Virus record (IMG/VR): IMGVR_UViG_3300028388_002747
Location: 5,515-69,514 of that record
Source: a virus
Strand: one strand, 5' to 3'
DNA: 64,000 nucleotides
Positions 38,978 to 49,606 of this stretch are shown piece after piece. The first letter of the stretch is position 1. Each line of letters starts with the position of its first letter. The notes below the pieces were generated by a model that saw only the letters and a list, made by a program, of their open reading frames with translations, was not told the DNA's origin and ran no database searches. The translations under genes and the position numbers were made by a program.

Positions 38978-40879
38978 ATGGCTTTTGTACCCGGCGATTG
39001 GAGTATAACCAGAAATGGATCAGCCCTCGATGTAAGATATATTGGGGCAGACCACACTGGGGCAGCTACCTACGCAACAACAATTGAGTTACACAGGGCT
39101 TTACAAGACTTCGCAGATAATGAGTTTGATACTGCTCCTGATGATGAACTCTCAATTATTGATCAAACTCCTTCCGATCGAGGGGGTGTTGATACAAACA
39201 TCACATTACTAAATGGATGTAACATTGATGATGCTTCTGCTCAGCACATTTATGATGGTTCTATTACACAAGATGGTGGTGATACTATTTATGATGGTAT
39301 CCAGGTCTTTGGTAATGCTGAAACTATCCAAGTGATTCAGAATGGAGCAAGAATTGATGATGATTTCTGGAACTATGCTAATCACAAAGCAGCTACTTCT
39401 GATGCAGCTTCTTCTACTACACACCGATTCATGGTTAAAGTAAGAGCTAATGGAGTAGATATTGATGGCAGACGACTTTTAGGAACACAAAGAGAATTAG
39501 GAACTGTATATACAGAGTTCTTTATTGGTGGTGGTACTAACCGTGGTAACAACGTACTTGCACTTACAGCAAACACTGATAACAACAATCAGACTGCTGG
39601 TGCTACTATTGCTACTTGGGACACTATCACTAACGTAACAGAAGGATATAACCTTATTGATATAGGTGGAACAAATTTTGCCTTCTACTCTGAATGGGAT
39701 ATTGGTTCTCAAACTAAAAATGATTTCTACGAAAGAGCTAAATGGATTCAAACAAGAGTTGGTGACATTGGTGGTGGTAATGATACTAGAGATGCTGACC
39801 AGATTCTTTATGGATTACAAGGTGACATCTTTCGTGGTGTCACTCACTCTGTAGCTATTGATACTCCAACAGGAACTTTCACAGAACCAGAAAGGGTAAC
39901 TTGGGGAGATGCTACTGATGTAACTGCAGGTTCTTTTGTAGTAGGAAATACATACGTAATTAGAACTGCAGGTACTACAGACTTTACACTAATTGGTGCT
40001 GCTGACTCTAATGTTGGTACAATTTTCACCGCTACAGGTGTGGGTTCTGGTACAGGTACAGCAGAAACTATTACAGGTTGGGGACAATTGTTAGCAATTG
40101 ACTCTACTACTGCTGGTACAGAAATGTGGATACAGCTTCTTGCTGGTGTTCAACCTGCAGACAATCAAAGTATTGAAGGTATTACATCTGGAGCAACTGC
40201 TCTTGTAAATGTAACAGTGAGTTCTGAAACAGTACAACTTCCATTTATTGGTTCCTCTACTGGTGCTGCTATTCTTGGTGCATTTGGTTCTGGTATTGAA
40301 ACTGCTGATTTAGGTCAGAATGATAGACCAATTGACCTTACTGGTACTACTCGAACTCCTCCTAACAACATCACATACACTGTTAATAATATTGTTCTTA
40401 ATGACTATATTATTTCAGCTAATAACTCTGGTGGTGACTTTGATTTTACTCAATTATCTACTGCTTCTGCATACACTGGAGCTGCTGTAACATCTATTCA
40501 GATGACTGCTTCTATTCCAACTGATATTCCTTCATCTGGAACATTCAGAATGCAAGAAGCTAGTGGTGCGTATAGAAGAATAGAATACACTTCATTCTCT
40601 GGAGATACATTTACTATTACTTCTACTGATTTTAGTGGAGCTGGTCAGAATGTAGCTCTTAATGCTAATGCATTTGTAACTTATATTGATAAAATTGCAG
40701 ATGCTACTGATAATACTAATGGATTTGTAGATGTAACTTATGTATATGATGCAGATAGAACATTATTTACAAGGGTTAGAAATGCAACTCCAGGATCTGA
40801 AATCAAAACATTTGAAACAACTGCCTTAGTTGGTTCAGGTGGTGGTTCATCTACTGTAGGTAGAATTGATGACTTTTAA
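38978..40879 (+). CDS. Virion structural/adsorption protein (G/T/D-rich beta protein)
   Basis: 633 aa. Contains an 'AGSFVVGNTYVIRTAGTTDFTLIGA' module; located in the tail-fibre region. Confidence 0.55.
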   Translation: MAFVPGDWSITRNGSALDVRYIGADHTGAATYATTIELHRALQDFADNEFDTAPDDELSIIDQTPSDRGGVDTNITLLNGCNIDDASAQHIYDGSITQDGGDTIYDGIQVFGNAETIQVIQNGARIDDDFWNYANHKAATSDAASSTTHRFMVKVRANGVDIDGRRLLGTQRELGTVYTEFFIGGGTNRGNNVLALTANTDNNNQTAGATIATWDTITNVTEGYNLIDIGGTNFAFYSEWDIGSQTKNDFYERAKWIQTRVGDIGGGNDTRDADQILYGLQGDIFRGVTHSVAIDTPTGTFTEPERVTWGDATDVTAGSFVVGNTYVIRTAGTTDFTLIGAADSNVGTIFTATGVGSGTGTAETITGWGQLLAIDSTTAGTEMWIQLLAGVQPADNQSIEGITSGATALVNVTVSSETVQLPFIGSSTGAAILGAFGSGIETADLGQNDRPIDLTGTTRTPPNNITYTVNNIVLNDYIISANNSGGDFDFTQLSTASAYTGAAVTSIQMTASIPTDIPSSGTFRMQEASGAYRRIEYTSFSGDTFTITSTDFSGAGQNVALNANAFVTYIDKIADATDNTNGFVDVTYVYDADRTLFTRVRNATPGSEIKTFETTALVGSGGGSSTVGRIDDF

Positions 40880-40884
40880 TATAT

Positions 40885-40915
40885 AGGGGAGGAGAAAGCT
40901 CCTCCCTTTAATTTT
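40885..40915 (+). terminator. Intrinsic terminator-like hairpin
   Basis: GGGAGGAG-AAAG-CTCCTCCC followed by TTTAATTTT, right after the stop codon. Confidence 0.7.
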
Positions 40916-40921
40916 AACTAA

Positions 40922-41356
40922 ATGGGAGTTAATAAATGTGGTGAGTGTACAGTTTGCTGTACATTGAGTGAAGTAAAGGATATCAATAAGAACGCTTGGG
41001 AAGATTGTAAATTTTGTATCAGTAAAAAAGGATGTAGTATTTATAAAGATAGACCACAAGATTGTAAAGATTTTGAGTGTGCTTACTTACAAACTCAAGC
41101 CCCTATAGAGCTACGACCAGATAACTGTGGTGTAATGTTCATTAAAAAAAGTGATAGAATATTCGTTGGAGCAGTTGTTCCAGGGAATGAAATTACAGAT
41201 GTAGCTAGAGGACAGATAGAGGCTTTCAAAAAACAAGGCTTTTCAGTAATAATGCTAAAACGTTTTGCTAAACCGCATTTAGAAATTTCCGAGGCTCATG
41301 ATAGAGAAGAAATATGGAAAGAGTATATTAATGTATTAACAAATGGCAACGTATAG
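40922..41356 (+). CDS. YkgJ-family CxxCxxCC (Fe-S/Zn cluster) protein
   Basis: CGECTVCC...C.FC....GCSIYKDRPQDCKDFEC. Confidence 0.8.
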   Translation: MGVNKCGECTVCCTLSEVKDINKNAWEDCKFCISKKGCSIYKDRPQDCKDFECAYLQTQAPIELRPDNCGVMFIKKSDRIFVGAVVPGNEITDVARGQIEAFKKQGFSVIMLKRFAKPHLEISEAHDREEIWKEYINVLTNGNV

Positions 41357-43220
41357 CACAGATTTAACAACCCTTACAACAGCAGAAGCAGGAACTTGGG
41401 TAGATTTTGATTCTCCTTATAACTCTGGTAATCCAGGATTATCTGGAGAAAATTTTATTCAAGGTACTGACTGCTACTCTGTAAATACAGGTAAGAATGT
41501 AGGACTTGAAATTTCTGTTGTATTTGATAATGGAACCAATGTAACTTTTGCTACAGATGAAGTTGTATTTGCATGGTGTTTTTATTTTGCAGGAACAAAC
41601 TTAGATACTTATGCCAACTCTGGATGGAGATTTGGTATTGGTAGTTCCACAGCAGCTTGGGATTGGTTTAGAGTAGGTGGCTCTGATTATAGTAACCATG
41701 CATTAGGTGGTTGGAGAAACTTTGCTATTGATCCAACAGCAACTCAAACTGGTACTATTGGTGGAGGTAATGGTGGCTCATATAGATATTTTGGTAATGT
41801 TCCAAATACTCTTGCAGAAGTAAGCAAAGGAGATCCTGTTGCTGTAGATGCTATTAGATATGGTAGAGGAGAGATTAGTATTACTGGCACAGGAGGTTCT
41901 TTTGATGAATTAGCACAATACAATGATTATAATGCTGGTGGAACTCCTCCAGGTACAAGTTCTACATCTGTAGACTCAGGTAGACATGTTCTTGGATTAT
42001 TTCAAGAAGCTGGTGGTGGTTACTTATGGAAAGGAATGCTCGCTCTTGGACTAACAGGAACTTCTGTAACCTTTTCAGATAGTAATGTTGTAATCACTAT
42101 TGATGATTGTCCTCACACTTACGCTGCTTTTAATAAAGTAGAAATCAGAAATGCTTCTAGTAGTGTTACATTAAATAATATCACATTTATTTCTACAGCA
42201 ACTACAGCAAATGGTATTGGTCATTTTGAAGTGGTAGATAATGCAACAGTGAGTTTAACTGGTTGTAGTTTTAATGATATGGGAATATTTACATTCCTAT
42301 CCAACTCAACTATAACCAACTCTGGATTTAATGGTTGTGGATTAATTACAGCAGGTTCCGCTACATTCACTGGAAATAGTTTTAACAGCAGTACATCTTC
42401 AGCAACTTTATTAGCTGGTACAAATGATATGACTAACATCACTGATAATAACTTTATATCAGACGGGTCTAATCATGCAGTGGAAATTAATGCTGTTGGT
42501 ACTGGAGCTATGACTTGGAACAACACTTTAGATAGTTATGTTGCAGGTACATCAGGAAATAATGTAACCACAACATCAACAGGAAATGAAGCAATATATT
42601 TAAATTTTACTTCTGCTGCCACCTACACTATTAATGTATCTTCTGGAGCTACTGTACCTTCAGTTAGAAAGGGTGCTGGTATGACAGGTAATGTTAATGT
42701 AGTAGCTGGTGCTGTTACAGTAGATATTAATGTAGCACAAACTGATGGTACTGCTATATCAGGAGCAAGAGTGTTGGTTGAAGCAGGAACTACTGGTGAT
42801 TTACCTTCTGGAGATTCTGTAACTATTACTCGTTCTGGTAGTACAGCAACAGTAACTCATACAGCCCATGGTTTAGAGGCTGGAGATGAAGTAGTTATAA
42901 GAGGAGCAGACCAAAACGAATATAATGGTCTGAGAACAATATCTAATGTAACAACTAATACATATGATTACACTGTTACTGGAACTCCAACAACTCCAGC
43001 AACTGGAACTATAACAAGTACGTTTGTATTTATAAATGGTACAACTGATGTAAATGGAGATATTTCATCTACAGCAAGAACATTAACTGCTAATCAATCT
43101 GTAACTGGAAGAGCTAGAAAAGGTTCTAGTTCTCCTTTTTATAAAACAGGACAAATAGTTGGTACTGCAACAACAACTGCAGGATTATCTACTACTGTAA
43201 TTTTGATTAGAGATGAATAA
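41343..43220 (+). CDS. Tail spike-like protein with predicted beta-helix region
   Basis: 625 aa. Repeating 'LTGCSF/ITNSGF/FTGNSF/ITDNNF' units; C-terminal 'TAHGLEAGDEVVIRGA..EYNG' barrel. Confidence 0.6.
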   Translation: MATYSTDLTTLTTAEAGTWVDFDSPYNSGNPGLSGENFIQGTDCYSVNTGKNVGLEISVVFDNGTNVTFATDEVVFAWCFYFAGTNLDTYANSGWRFGIGSSTAAWDWFRVGGSDYSNHALGGWRNFAIDPTATQTGTIGGGNGGSYRYFGNVPNTLAEVSKGDPVAVDAIRYGRGEISITGTGGSFDELAQYNDYNAGGTPPGTSSTSVDSGRHVLGLFQEAGGGYLWKGMLALGLTGTSVTFSDSNVVITIDDCPHTYAAFNKVEIRNASSSVTLNNITFISTATTANGIGHFEVVDNATVSLTGCSFNDMGIFTFLSNSTITNSGFNGCGLITAGSATFTGNSFNSSTSSATLLAGTNDMTNITDNNFISDGSNHAVEINAVGTGAMTWNNTLDSYVAGTSGNNVTTTSTGNEAIYLNFTSAATYTINVSSGATVPSVRKGAGMTGNVNVVAGAVTVDINVAQTDGTAISGARVLVEAGTTGDLPSGDSVTITRSGSTATVTHTAHGLEAGDEVVIRGADQNEYNGLRTISNVTTNTYDYTVTGTPTTPATGTITSTFVFINGTTDVNGDISSTARTLTANQSVTGRARKGSSSPFYKTGQIVGTATTTAGLSTTVILIRDE

Positions 43221-43228
43221 TAAAATAG

Positions 43229-44467
43229 ATGATTACAATAGATTACAGTGTAACACCTTATATTATAAATGTGCCAAGATTGTATACACAATTTGTCGCC
43301 ACTGATCCACAAACAGGATTAGAGGTAAGACAAATGAATTTAACACAATTTGCACAAGATATAGGGGATTTACAGGATAACGTTGAAGGAGCTTGGGCCC
43401 CTACTGCATATGAGTATACAGCTCCTGTGTCAGTTGGTGGTGTACAGTTAGCACCTGTTGTTGTAATCACAGAGTTTTATGTTGTACAATTTGAAGATTT
43501 ACAATATGCTGTAAACCTTGTAGGAGCTAACACTAACGTACAGGATCAAGTAGTAGTTAATCAGGTTTCTATACGTCCTAGTAACTCAGCAGGTTTAACA
43601 TTCTCTGATGCTATTAATTCACAGTCATTCTTAGAAGCTGCTGTTTGGGTAGATTCAGAGGATGGATTACCTGGAACCCAATTCCCTAGAGGAACTCCTC
43701 CAGATGAAGTTGATAATGTTACAGATGCAATTACAATAGCTTTACGAGAAGGCTTGCATAGATTTAATATTAGAGGTACATTTAACGCGGTTGGTAATGT
43801 TGGAATAGAAAGATACCATGTAAAGGGGCAAACCCCTCAGAATGCTATAATTGTTGCAAATGCTTTAAATGTAACTAATAGTTCTTTTGAAAGGATTGCA
43901 ATAGTTGGTAGTATAACAGGAAGAGGAACTTTTCAAGATTGTTCTGTTGCTAAAACATTAAATTTGTCTGGTGTAGAAGGTATATGGGATAATTGCGGTA
44001 TTGCTGGAAATTTAACTTTAGATGCTAGTGCAACAGAACCAATAGTATTTAAAGATTGTATTTCTACTATTGCAGGAACAGATAAACCTAGCTTAGATTG
44101 TAATGGTACAGCAGCAGGAATTAATTTTAGAAGATATGCAGGTGGTTTAGCTGTAACTAATTTTAATAATCCTGCAGGAGCTATGACATTAGATTTAATG
44201 GGTAGTGAAGTTAGTATAGATTCTGTATCTTGTACAAATGGAGAAATAGTAGCTAGAGGTGTAGGTAAATTGATTGATGAGAATGGAAATGTAATACCTA
44301 ATGGTAGTATAACAATAAATGGAAATTTGTTTATTTCAAATAGATTAGTAAACTCAGATCAAGTTGCTTCAGGAAGTAATGTTTGGTCAGAGGCAGAGAA
44401 AGATGAAGTAATACAATATAGTAAAAAATCAAGTGATAATGCTGAACAAGCAAATTTAAAATTGTAA
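43229..44467 (+). CDS. Structural protein with probable beta-helix
   Basis: 412 aa. 'GLPGTQFPRGTP..VDNVTDA' beta-helix entry motif followed by FQDC/WDNC/FKDC repeats. Confidence 0.5.
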   Translation: MITIDYSVTPYIINVPRLYTQFVATDPQTGLEVRQMNLTQFAQDIGDLQDNVEGAWAPTAYEYTAPVSVGGVQLAPVVVITEFYVVQFEDLQYAVNLVGANTNVQDQVVVNQVSIRPSNSAGLTFSDAINSQSFLEAAVWVDSEDGLPGTQFPRGTPPDEVDNVTDAITIALREGLHRFNIRGTFNAVGNVGIERYHVKGQTPQNAIIVANALNVTNSSFERIAIVGSITGRGTFQDCSVAKTLNLSGVEGIWDNCGIAGNLTLDASATEPIVFKDCISTIAGTDKPSLDCNGTAAGINFRRYAGGLAVTNFNNPAGAMTLDLMGSEVSIDSVSCTNGEIVARGVGKLIDENGNVIPNGSITINGNLFISNRLVNSDQVASGSNVWSEAEKDEVIQYSKKSSDNAEQANLKL

Positions 44468-44471
44468 AATC

Positions 44472-44696
44472 ATGCCTAGAGCGATTGGGGTTTTAAACCA
44501 TAATCACAGTTATGTACACGTACAAGGTGTAGCTGCTTCAGTGTGGGTAATTAATCACAATCTGAACAGGAAACCTAGTATTACAATTGTAGATAGTGCT
44601 GATTCAGTAGTTGGAGGGGATCCAGATTATATAGATGAAAATACAATAATAATAACCTTTAATGCTTCTTTCGCTGGAAAGGCATACTTAAATTAA
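44472..44696 (+). CDS. Small tail-fibre-associated protein
   Basis: 'HVQGVAASVWVINHNLNRKPSITIVD..F...FAGKAYLN', a widespread small phage tail module. Confidence 0.7.
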   Translation: MPRAIGVLNHNHSYVHVQGVAASVWVINHNLNRKPSITIVDSADSVVGGDPDYIDENTIIITFNASFAGKAYLN

Positions 44697-44702
44697 TAAG
44701 CC

Positions 44703-46643
44703 ATGGCAAAATTTGAATATTTAGTGCATTTAGACTTAGTTCAGAACGAACTACAAAATGCTGTAATCCAAAATTTAGGAACTGCTCCTGGCTCCCCTTT
44801 AGATGGTCAAATCTACTATGACACCACAGTGTCTAATCATAGATTCAGAGGCTATATAGATGGTGCATGGGCAGATTTCCTCACAAGTGCAGATACATTT
44901 GTTTCTTCTGTAACAGTTAACTCTGGTACTGGTACTGATGTAGTATCTTCTGGTACTGCTTCTGATCCTGTATACACAGTTAATTTAGATTATGTAGGAA
45001 CAGATAACTTTATTGATTCTGCAACAAACTTAGAAGGTACACCCATAACAACAGGTGACACAATTATTTATCACGATGCTACAGATGATACAGTAAAGAA
45101 AGGATTTATTTCTGATCTTCCTTTTGATCCTGCTGGTACTGATAACTCTACAGATGTTACATTAGCTGCTACAGTTACAGATGTTTTAACGTTAACAACT
45201 CAAGAAATTGGTGCTGTAGATGCTGGGTTAGATGCTATTGCCGGTTGGGATGATACTGCTGGTGATTTTACATATCTTACAGCTACACAGGTTAGAACTA
45301 TTATCAATGTAGAAGATGGTGCAAACAATTACACACACCCTAATCACACTGGACAAGTAACTTCTACCGGTGATGGTGCTACAGTGGTAACTGTAAATGC
45401 TATTACAGATCAAGTTGCTTTAACTTCTGGACTAATTTCTACTGACGAACTTCTTGTAAATGATGGTGGTGTTCTAAAAAGAATGGATATTTCTGTTATT
45501 GAAGCATACATGCAAGCAAACTTATCATTTGGTGGTACATATGATTTTGATGCTGGTGCTAACCAAGGAGCTAATCAAACAGTTGATAGTCAAGATATAT
45601 TAGATATCACAGCTTCTGCTGCTACAACTAGTGGTGCTACACCTATTGAAACAGAAGTAAGTAAAGTTTCCACCACTGTAACTGTAGCTATTAAACTTGA
45701 TTTCATTGATGATGATACATTTGCTACAGCTACTAATACAAATATTCCTTCAGCAGAATCTGTAAAAGCTTATGTTGACTCTGTTGCACAAGGACTTGAT
45801 GCTAAGGATAGTGTAAGAGTTGCTACTACGGCTGCTGGTACATTAGCTTCTTCATTTGAAAATGGTGATACTATTGATGGTGTTACACTTGCAACAAATG
45901 ACCGAATATTAATTAAGAACCAGTCTGCTGCTGCAGAAAATGGTATCTATATAGTACAAGCAACTGGTGCTCCAGTGAGAGCAGATGATGCTGATACGTG
46001 GGATGAGCTTGTTTCTGCATTTGTATTTGTAGAAGAAGGAACTACTCAGGCAGATACAGGATGGGTTTGTACAGCTGATTCAGGTGGTACATTAGGTACA
46101 ACAGCTAACAACTGGACACAATTCAGCGGTGCTGGATCTTATACTGCTGGTGATGGTATTGATTTGACAGGTACAGTGTTTAGTTTAACAACACCTACTA
46201 CTAATCTTTCAGGAACATCCACTAATGCTGTCACTGGAACAGGTCACACCCACGCAATTGATACCGGTATAGCTGACAATGATATTGTAGCAATTGATAG
46301 TACAACTGTTGCTTCAGGAGAGTATGCTAGATTTACAGCTAATGGTTTAGAAGGTAGAACAGTTGCAGAGATGCAAGCTGATTTAGCTATTCCAGGGAAA
46401 TTCAGTGTGAATTTAGATTCAACTGAAGGATCTGTATCAAGAGCTAATGCTGGTGGTGTAACAACTTTCACTGTAACACACAATTTAGGTACAACTGACA
46501 TAACATATTCTGTTAAAAGAATTGCAGATAATAAAACAGTAGGAGTGGAAATGGATACTGCTTCTACAAACACTGTTGATGTAGCATTTAATGATGCTGG
46601 CAACACAAATGATAATTTGTATAGAGTAACAATAATTGGGTAA
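44703..46643 (+). CDS. Tail fibre protein
   Basis: 646 aa. Motifs 'NELQNAVIQNL..GQIYY', 'YTHPNHTG', 'KAYVD..QGLDAKDSVRVAT..DRILIKNQ..ENGIY' and 'VTHNLGT'. Confidence 0.75.
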   Translation: MAKFEYLVHLDLVQNELQNAVIQNLGTAPGSPLDGQIYYDTTVSNHRFRGYIDGAWADFLTSADTFVSSVTVNSGTGTDVVSSGTASDPVYTVNLDYVGTDNFIDSATNLEGTPITTGDTIIYHDATDDTVKKGFISDLPFDPAGTDNSTDVTLAATVTDVLTLTTQEIGAVDAGLDAIAGWDDTAGDFTYLTATQVRTIINVEDGANNYTHPNHTGQVTSTGDGATVVTVNAITDQVALTSGLISTDELLVNDGGVLKRMDISVIEAYMQANLSFGGTYDFDAGANQGANQTVDSQDILDITASAATTSGATPIETEVSKVSTTVTVAIKLDFIDDDTFATATNTNIPSAESVKAYVDSVAQGLDAKDSVRVATTAAGTLASSFENGDTIDGVTLATNDRILIKNQSAAAENGIYIVQATGAPVRADDADTWDELVSAFVFVEEGTTQADTGWVCTADSGGTLGTTANNWTQFSGAGSYTAGDGIDLTGTVFSLTTPTTNLSGTSTNAVTGTGHTHAIDTGIADNDIVAIDSTTVASGEYARFTANGLEGRTVAEMQADLAIPGKFSVNLDSTEGSVSRANAGGVTTFTVTHNLGTTDITYSVKRIADNKTVGVEMDTASTNTVDVAFNDAGNTNDNLYRVTIIG

Positions 46644-46650
46644 TAACTAA

Positions 46651-47034
46651 ATGGCACAATATGATTTTTATACTGATGTAGAAATTAATGGTTCTTTAAC
46701 TGTTAATTCATTAGAAGCAGGAATTGCTGACTATGATGCATTTGTTGTGTCTGATGGAGGAGTATTAAAGTTTCGTACAGGATCACAAGTCCTTTCAGAT
46801 ATTGGTGGAACAACACAAAATTTAACAATTGGTACAGATAATCAAATACCATTTGTCAATTTAGCTGGGAATGATTTTGAATATGACACTGGATTTACTT
46901 TTGATGGGGCAGTATTAGATATTGTAGGGCAGATAAATCTAAGTCAAACAATAACTGGAACAGAAGATTTATTGGTGCTGCTTCAGCAAGTGATTATGTT
47001 CCTTACAATGGAGCAACTAATTCAGTTGATTTAG
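46651..47034 (+). CDS. N-terminal fragment of a tail fibre gene (frameshifted near 46970)
   Basis: Fibre-like up to ..TGTED; the last ~20 aa look out of frame while the -1 frame reads a fibre motif. Confidence 0.55.
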   Translation: MAQYDFYTDVEINGSLTVNSLEAGIADYDAFVVSDGGVLKFRTGSQVLSDIGGTTQNLTIGTDNQIPFVNLAGNDFEYDTGFTFDGAVLDIVGQINLSQTITGTEDLLVLLQQVIMFLTMEQLIQLI

Positions 47035-49604
47035 GCATATATAATTTAACAGCAAATAGATTGTTTACAGGTGCAAATGGTATTGATATTGAAGGTAGTG
47101 GGCCAAGATTATCACTTATTAACACAAGTTCACTAGCTGATGAAGGTGAATGGAAGATTTATGCAGAAAGTGATTATTTAACAATAAGATCTTACAATGA
47201 TTTAGGAAATTCATTCGAAAATGCACTTTTATTTTTAAGAACTGGAACTAACATTGATGAAGTACGTTGGAATGCTGATTTATTTAATCTTCAATCAGCT
47301 CCACTTGAAACAACAAGTTCAGTTTCTGCTAAAACATTAATACTTCAAAATGAAGAACTAACAGACGCGACTCAAATGGGCCAAATTGCTTTTGATATTA
47401 ATGATACAGCAGCTCCAGCAGAATTAGGTAATTTTAATGGCACAGACCCAATTGGTTTGTATGTTCATGACGGTACAGATGTTAGACGCATTTGGACAAC
47501 AGACAATTTTGATGGTACTGATGTTGCAAATTGGCAATCAACATATACTGAATGGGGTGGATTGACTGCTTCACAATTTTTAAGAAGTGACACTGCTGAT
47601 ACAGCAAATGGACTAATAACATTTGCTAATGGATTTCAAGATGATGTAACAAATTTAGGTAAAACATCAACCACATATGAAGTTGTTGCTAATCAAGACT
47701 GGGATAGCCCAATTGGTACATCAAGATTTACTCAACCTACTTCAGTTGGTGGAGCTGGAATTGCTGGTTATTGGTTTATAACTGGTAGAAGAGATGTTTC
47801 TGGTGGTTATAGTGGTATTCTAACTTCTTTTAATGGTAATGATTCTTATATAGGCTCAGCAGGTGATAGTACAACAAACCCAATTTGGCATAAGATAATT
47901 ACAGATAATAATGCAACTTCTGAATTAAATGAATTCCTAAGAAGTGATGTTGCTGATATTAAAACAAGTGGTAATTTAAGGTTTGATGATTTTATAGCAA
48001 TTGATTTTGGAAATGACGTAGATTCAAGGCTTTATTCTTCAAATACAACAACTCTTTTTGATTTAAAAAATGGAGACTTTTTCATAAGAGATAATACAAC
48101 TGATAGATTTAGATTTAGAAGAACCTCTGGAAATTTAGAATTAGAAATTGGAAGTATCTTTTTTGTCAGCGATGGAAATGGTGTTGTTTTTAATAATGAT
48201 GCTAAAATGTACCAATCTGGTACGATAACAGTATTAAACTTACACGGAAATTCTGATTCATTTAAAATATATGATAATGGTGTTGAACAATTTCATTTTG
48301 ACGTTACAACTGGTAATTTCACTGGACAAGGAAGTGTTTTTGTAGGAAATGAAATTCGATCGTCAGGCCCTTCTCCTAAAATTGTTTTTAATCAAACTGA
48401 CGGAGCTACTGATCAAACACTTACTAGAATTGTAGCTGATAGTAATATATTTGACATAAGACTTCAAAATGATACTAATACCGCTTTTAGTACTCCATTC
48501 AGAATAACAAGATCAGGTACGACTGCGACTGAAATAGATTTAATTGCAAATTTAATTGATATTACGGGAGGACTCAGAGTTAGTGGAGATGGTACTTTTT
48601 TAGATGACATATTATTAGCTAATAATGATAATTACTTATTTGCTGACACTTCAGGTAATGTTCCTACAAGAATACACGGTATTAATTCTGGCAATGTTGA
48701 ATATATAGGTTCTATTGACCAAACAACTGCCTCAACAAGAGTTGCAAACAATACTGGAGATTTGATTTTTAAAAATGGTGATCTTATTTTAAAATCTAGT
48801 GGTTTTCTTGGATTAAATAAAACCGTCCCCACTTCCAGATTAGATATTGATGAAAACATAGACTTGGTTAATGCTACTGAACAAAGATCACTCAGAAGTA
48901 CATGTGATTTTACAACATCAACAGCAAGTACATTTTCTGGATTCAAGCAACATTTTAGACTTGACACTGTAACTAGACACACAGCTGGTACAGTTGACAT
49001 AGTTAATGCCGTTATGAGCTTAATAAGAAATACAAATGTTGGTGATGTAAATAACGCAGCTGGATTTTGGACTAGAATAGATCAATCAAATCTTAGTGGA
49101 CAAATAGATAATGCAATAGGTGTCTGGGTTAAAGACGGAATTGACACTGGAGTTATAGAAAATTATTATGGACTTTATGTTGATAACCTAACTGCTGGAA
49201 GAACTAGCAACTATGGAGTTTATCTTGCTGGAAATACTCAATCTTATTTTGGCGGACATGTTCATTGCAATTCTAGTATAGAAGGAATAAATGCATTAAA
49301 AAAAGATATTGTAGATAAAACATCCTCATACACAATTGATGAGGCCGATAGGCAAAGTGTAATAAGAATTACTGGATCTGGAAATGCAAATATTACTGTA
49401 AACACGGATTCTTTAGCAAATATTGGCGAAACAGTAGAAGTTGATCATTTTGGTACTGGTACAGTTACTATTGTAGCAGGCACTGCAACATTAAGAGTAA
49501 ATTCTAATGACACACTTGTTCTTGATGGTCAATATTCAAGGGTGGCCATTCAAAAAATAACATCAACTGAATATAGGGTATTCGGTCAATTAACACCAGC
49601 ATAA
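46971..49604 (+). CDS. Long tail fibre / receptor-binding protein (C-terminal part; ORF track starts it at TTG 47061)
   Basis: Frame is open from 46905 and reads IGAASASDYVPYNGATNSVDLG before the TTG. Two FLRSD fibre motifs. C-terminal 'TSSYTI..GTGTVTIVAG..GQYS..EYRVFGQL' domain. Confidence 0.7.
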   Translation: MGAASASDYVPYNGATNSVDLGIYNLTANRLFTGANGIDIEGSGPRLSLINTSSLADEGEWKIYAESDYLTIRSYNDLGNSFENALLFLRTGTNIDEVRWNADLFNLQSAPLETTSSVSAKTLILQNEELTDATQMGQIAFDINDTAAPAELGNFNGTDPIGLYVHDGTDVRRIWTTDNFDGTDVANWQSTYTEWGGLTASQFLRSDTADTANGLITFANGFQDDVTNLGKTSTTYEVVANQDWDSPIGTSRFTQPTSVGGAGIAGYWFITGRRDVSGGYSGILTSFNGNDSYIGSAGDSTTNPIWHKIITDNNATSELNEFLRSDVADIKTSGNLRFDDFIAIDFGNDVDSRLYSSNTTTLFDLKNGDFFIRDNTTDRFRFRRTSGNLELEIGSIFFVSDGNGVVFNNDAKMYQSGTITVLNLHGNSDSFKIYDNGVEQFHFDVTTGNFTGQGSVFVGNEIRSSGPSPKIVFNQTDGATDQTLTRIVADSNIFDIRLQNDTNTAFSTPFRITRSGTTATEIDLIANLIDITGGLRVSGDGTFLDDILLANNDNYLFADTSGNVPTRIHGINSGNVEYIGSIDQTTASTRVANNTGDLIFKNGDLILKSSGFLGLNKTVPTSRLDIDENIDLVNATEQRSLRSTCDFTTSTASTFSGFKQHFRLDTVTRHTAGTVDIVNAVMSLIRNTNVGDVNNAAGFWTRIDQSNLSGQIDNAIGVWVKDGIDTGVIENYYGLYVDNLTAGRTSNYGVYLAGNTQSYFGGHVHCNSSIEGINALKKDIVDKTSSYTIDEADRQSVIRITGSGNANITVNTDSLANIGETVEVDHFGTGTVTIVAGTATLRVNSNDTLVLDGQYSRVAIQKITSTEYRVFGQLTPA

Positions 49605-49606
49605 TC

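Noticed and set aside
46905-47034. Programmed -1 frameshift joining the two tail-fibre ORFs
   Set aside because: No in-phase X XXY YYZ heptamer or strong downstream stem found in the overlap; a deletion or assembly error explains it better.
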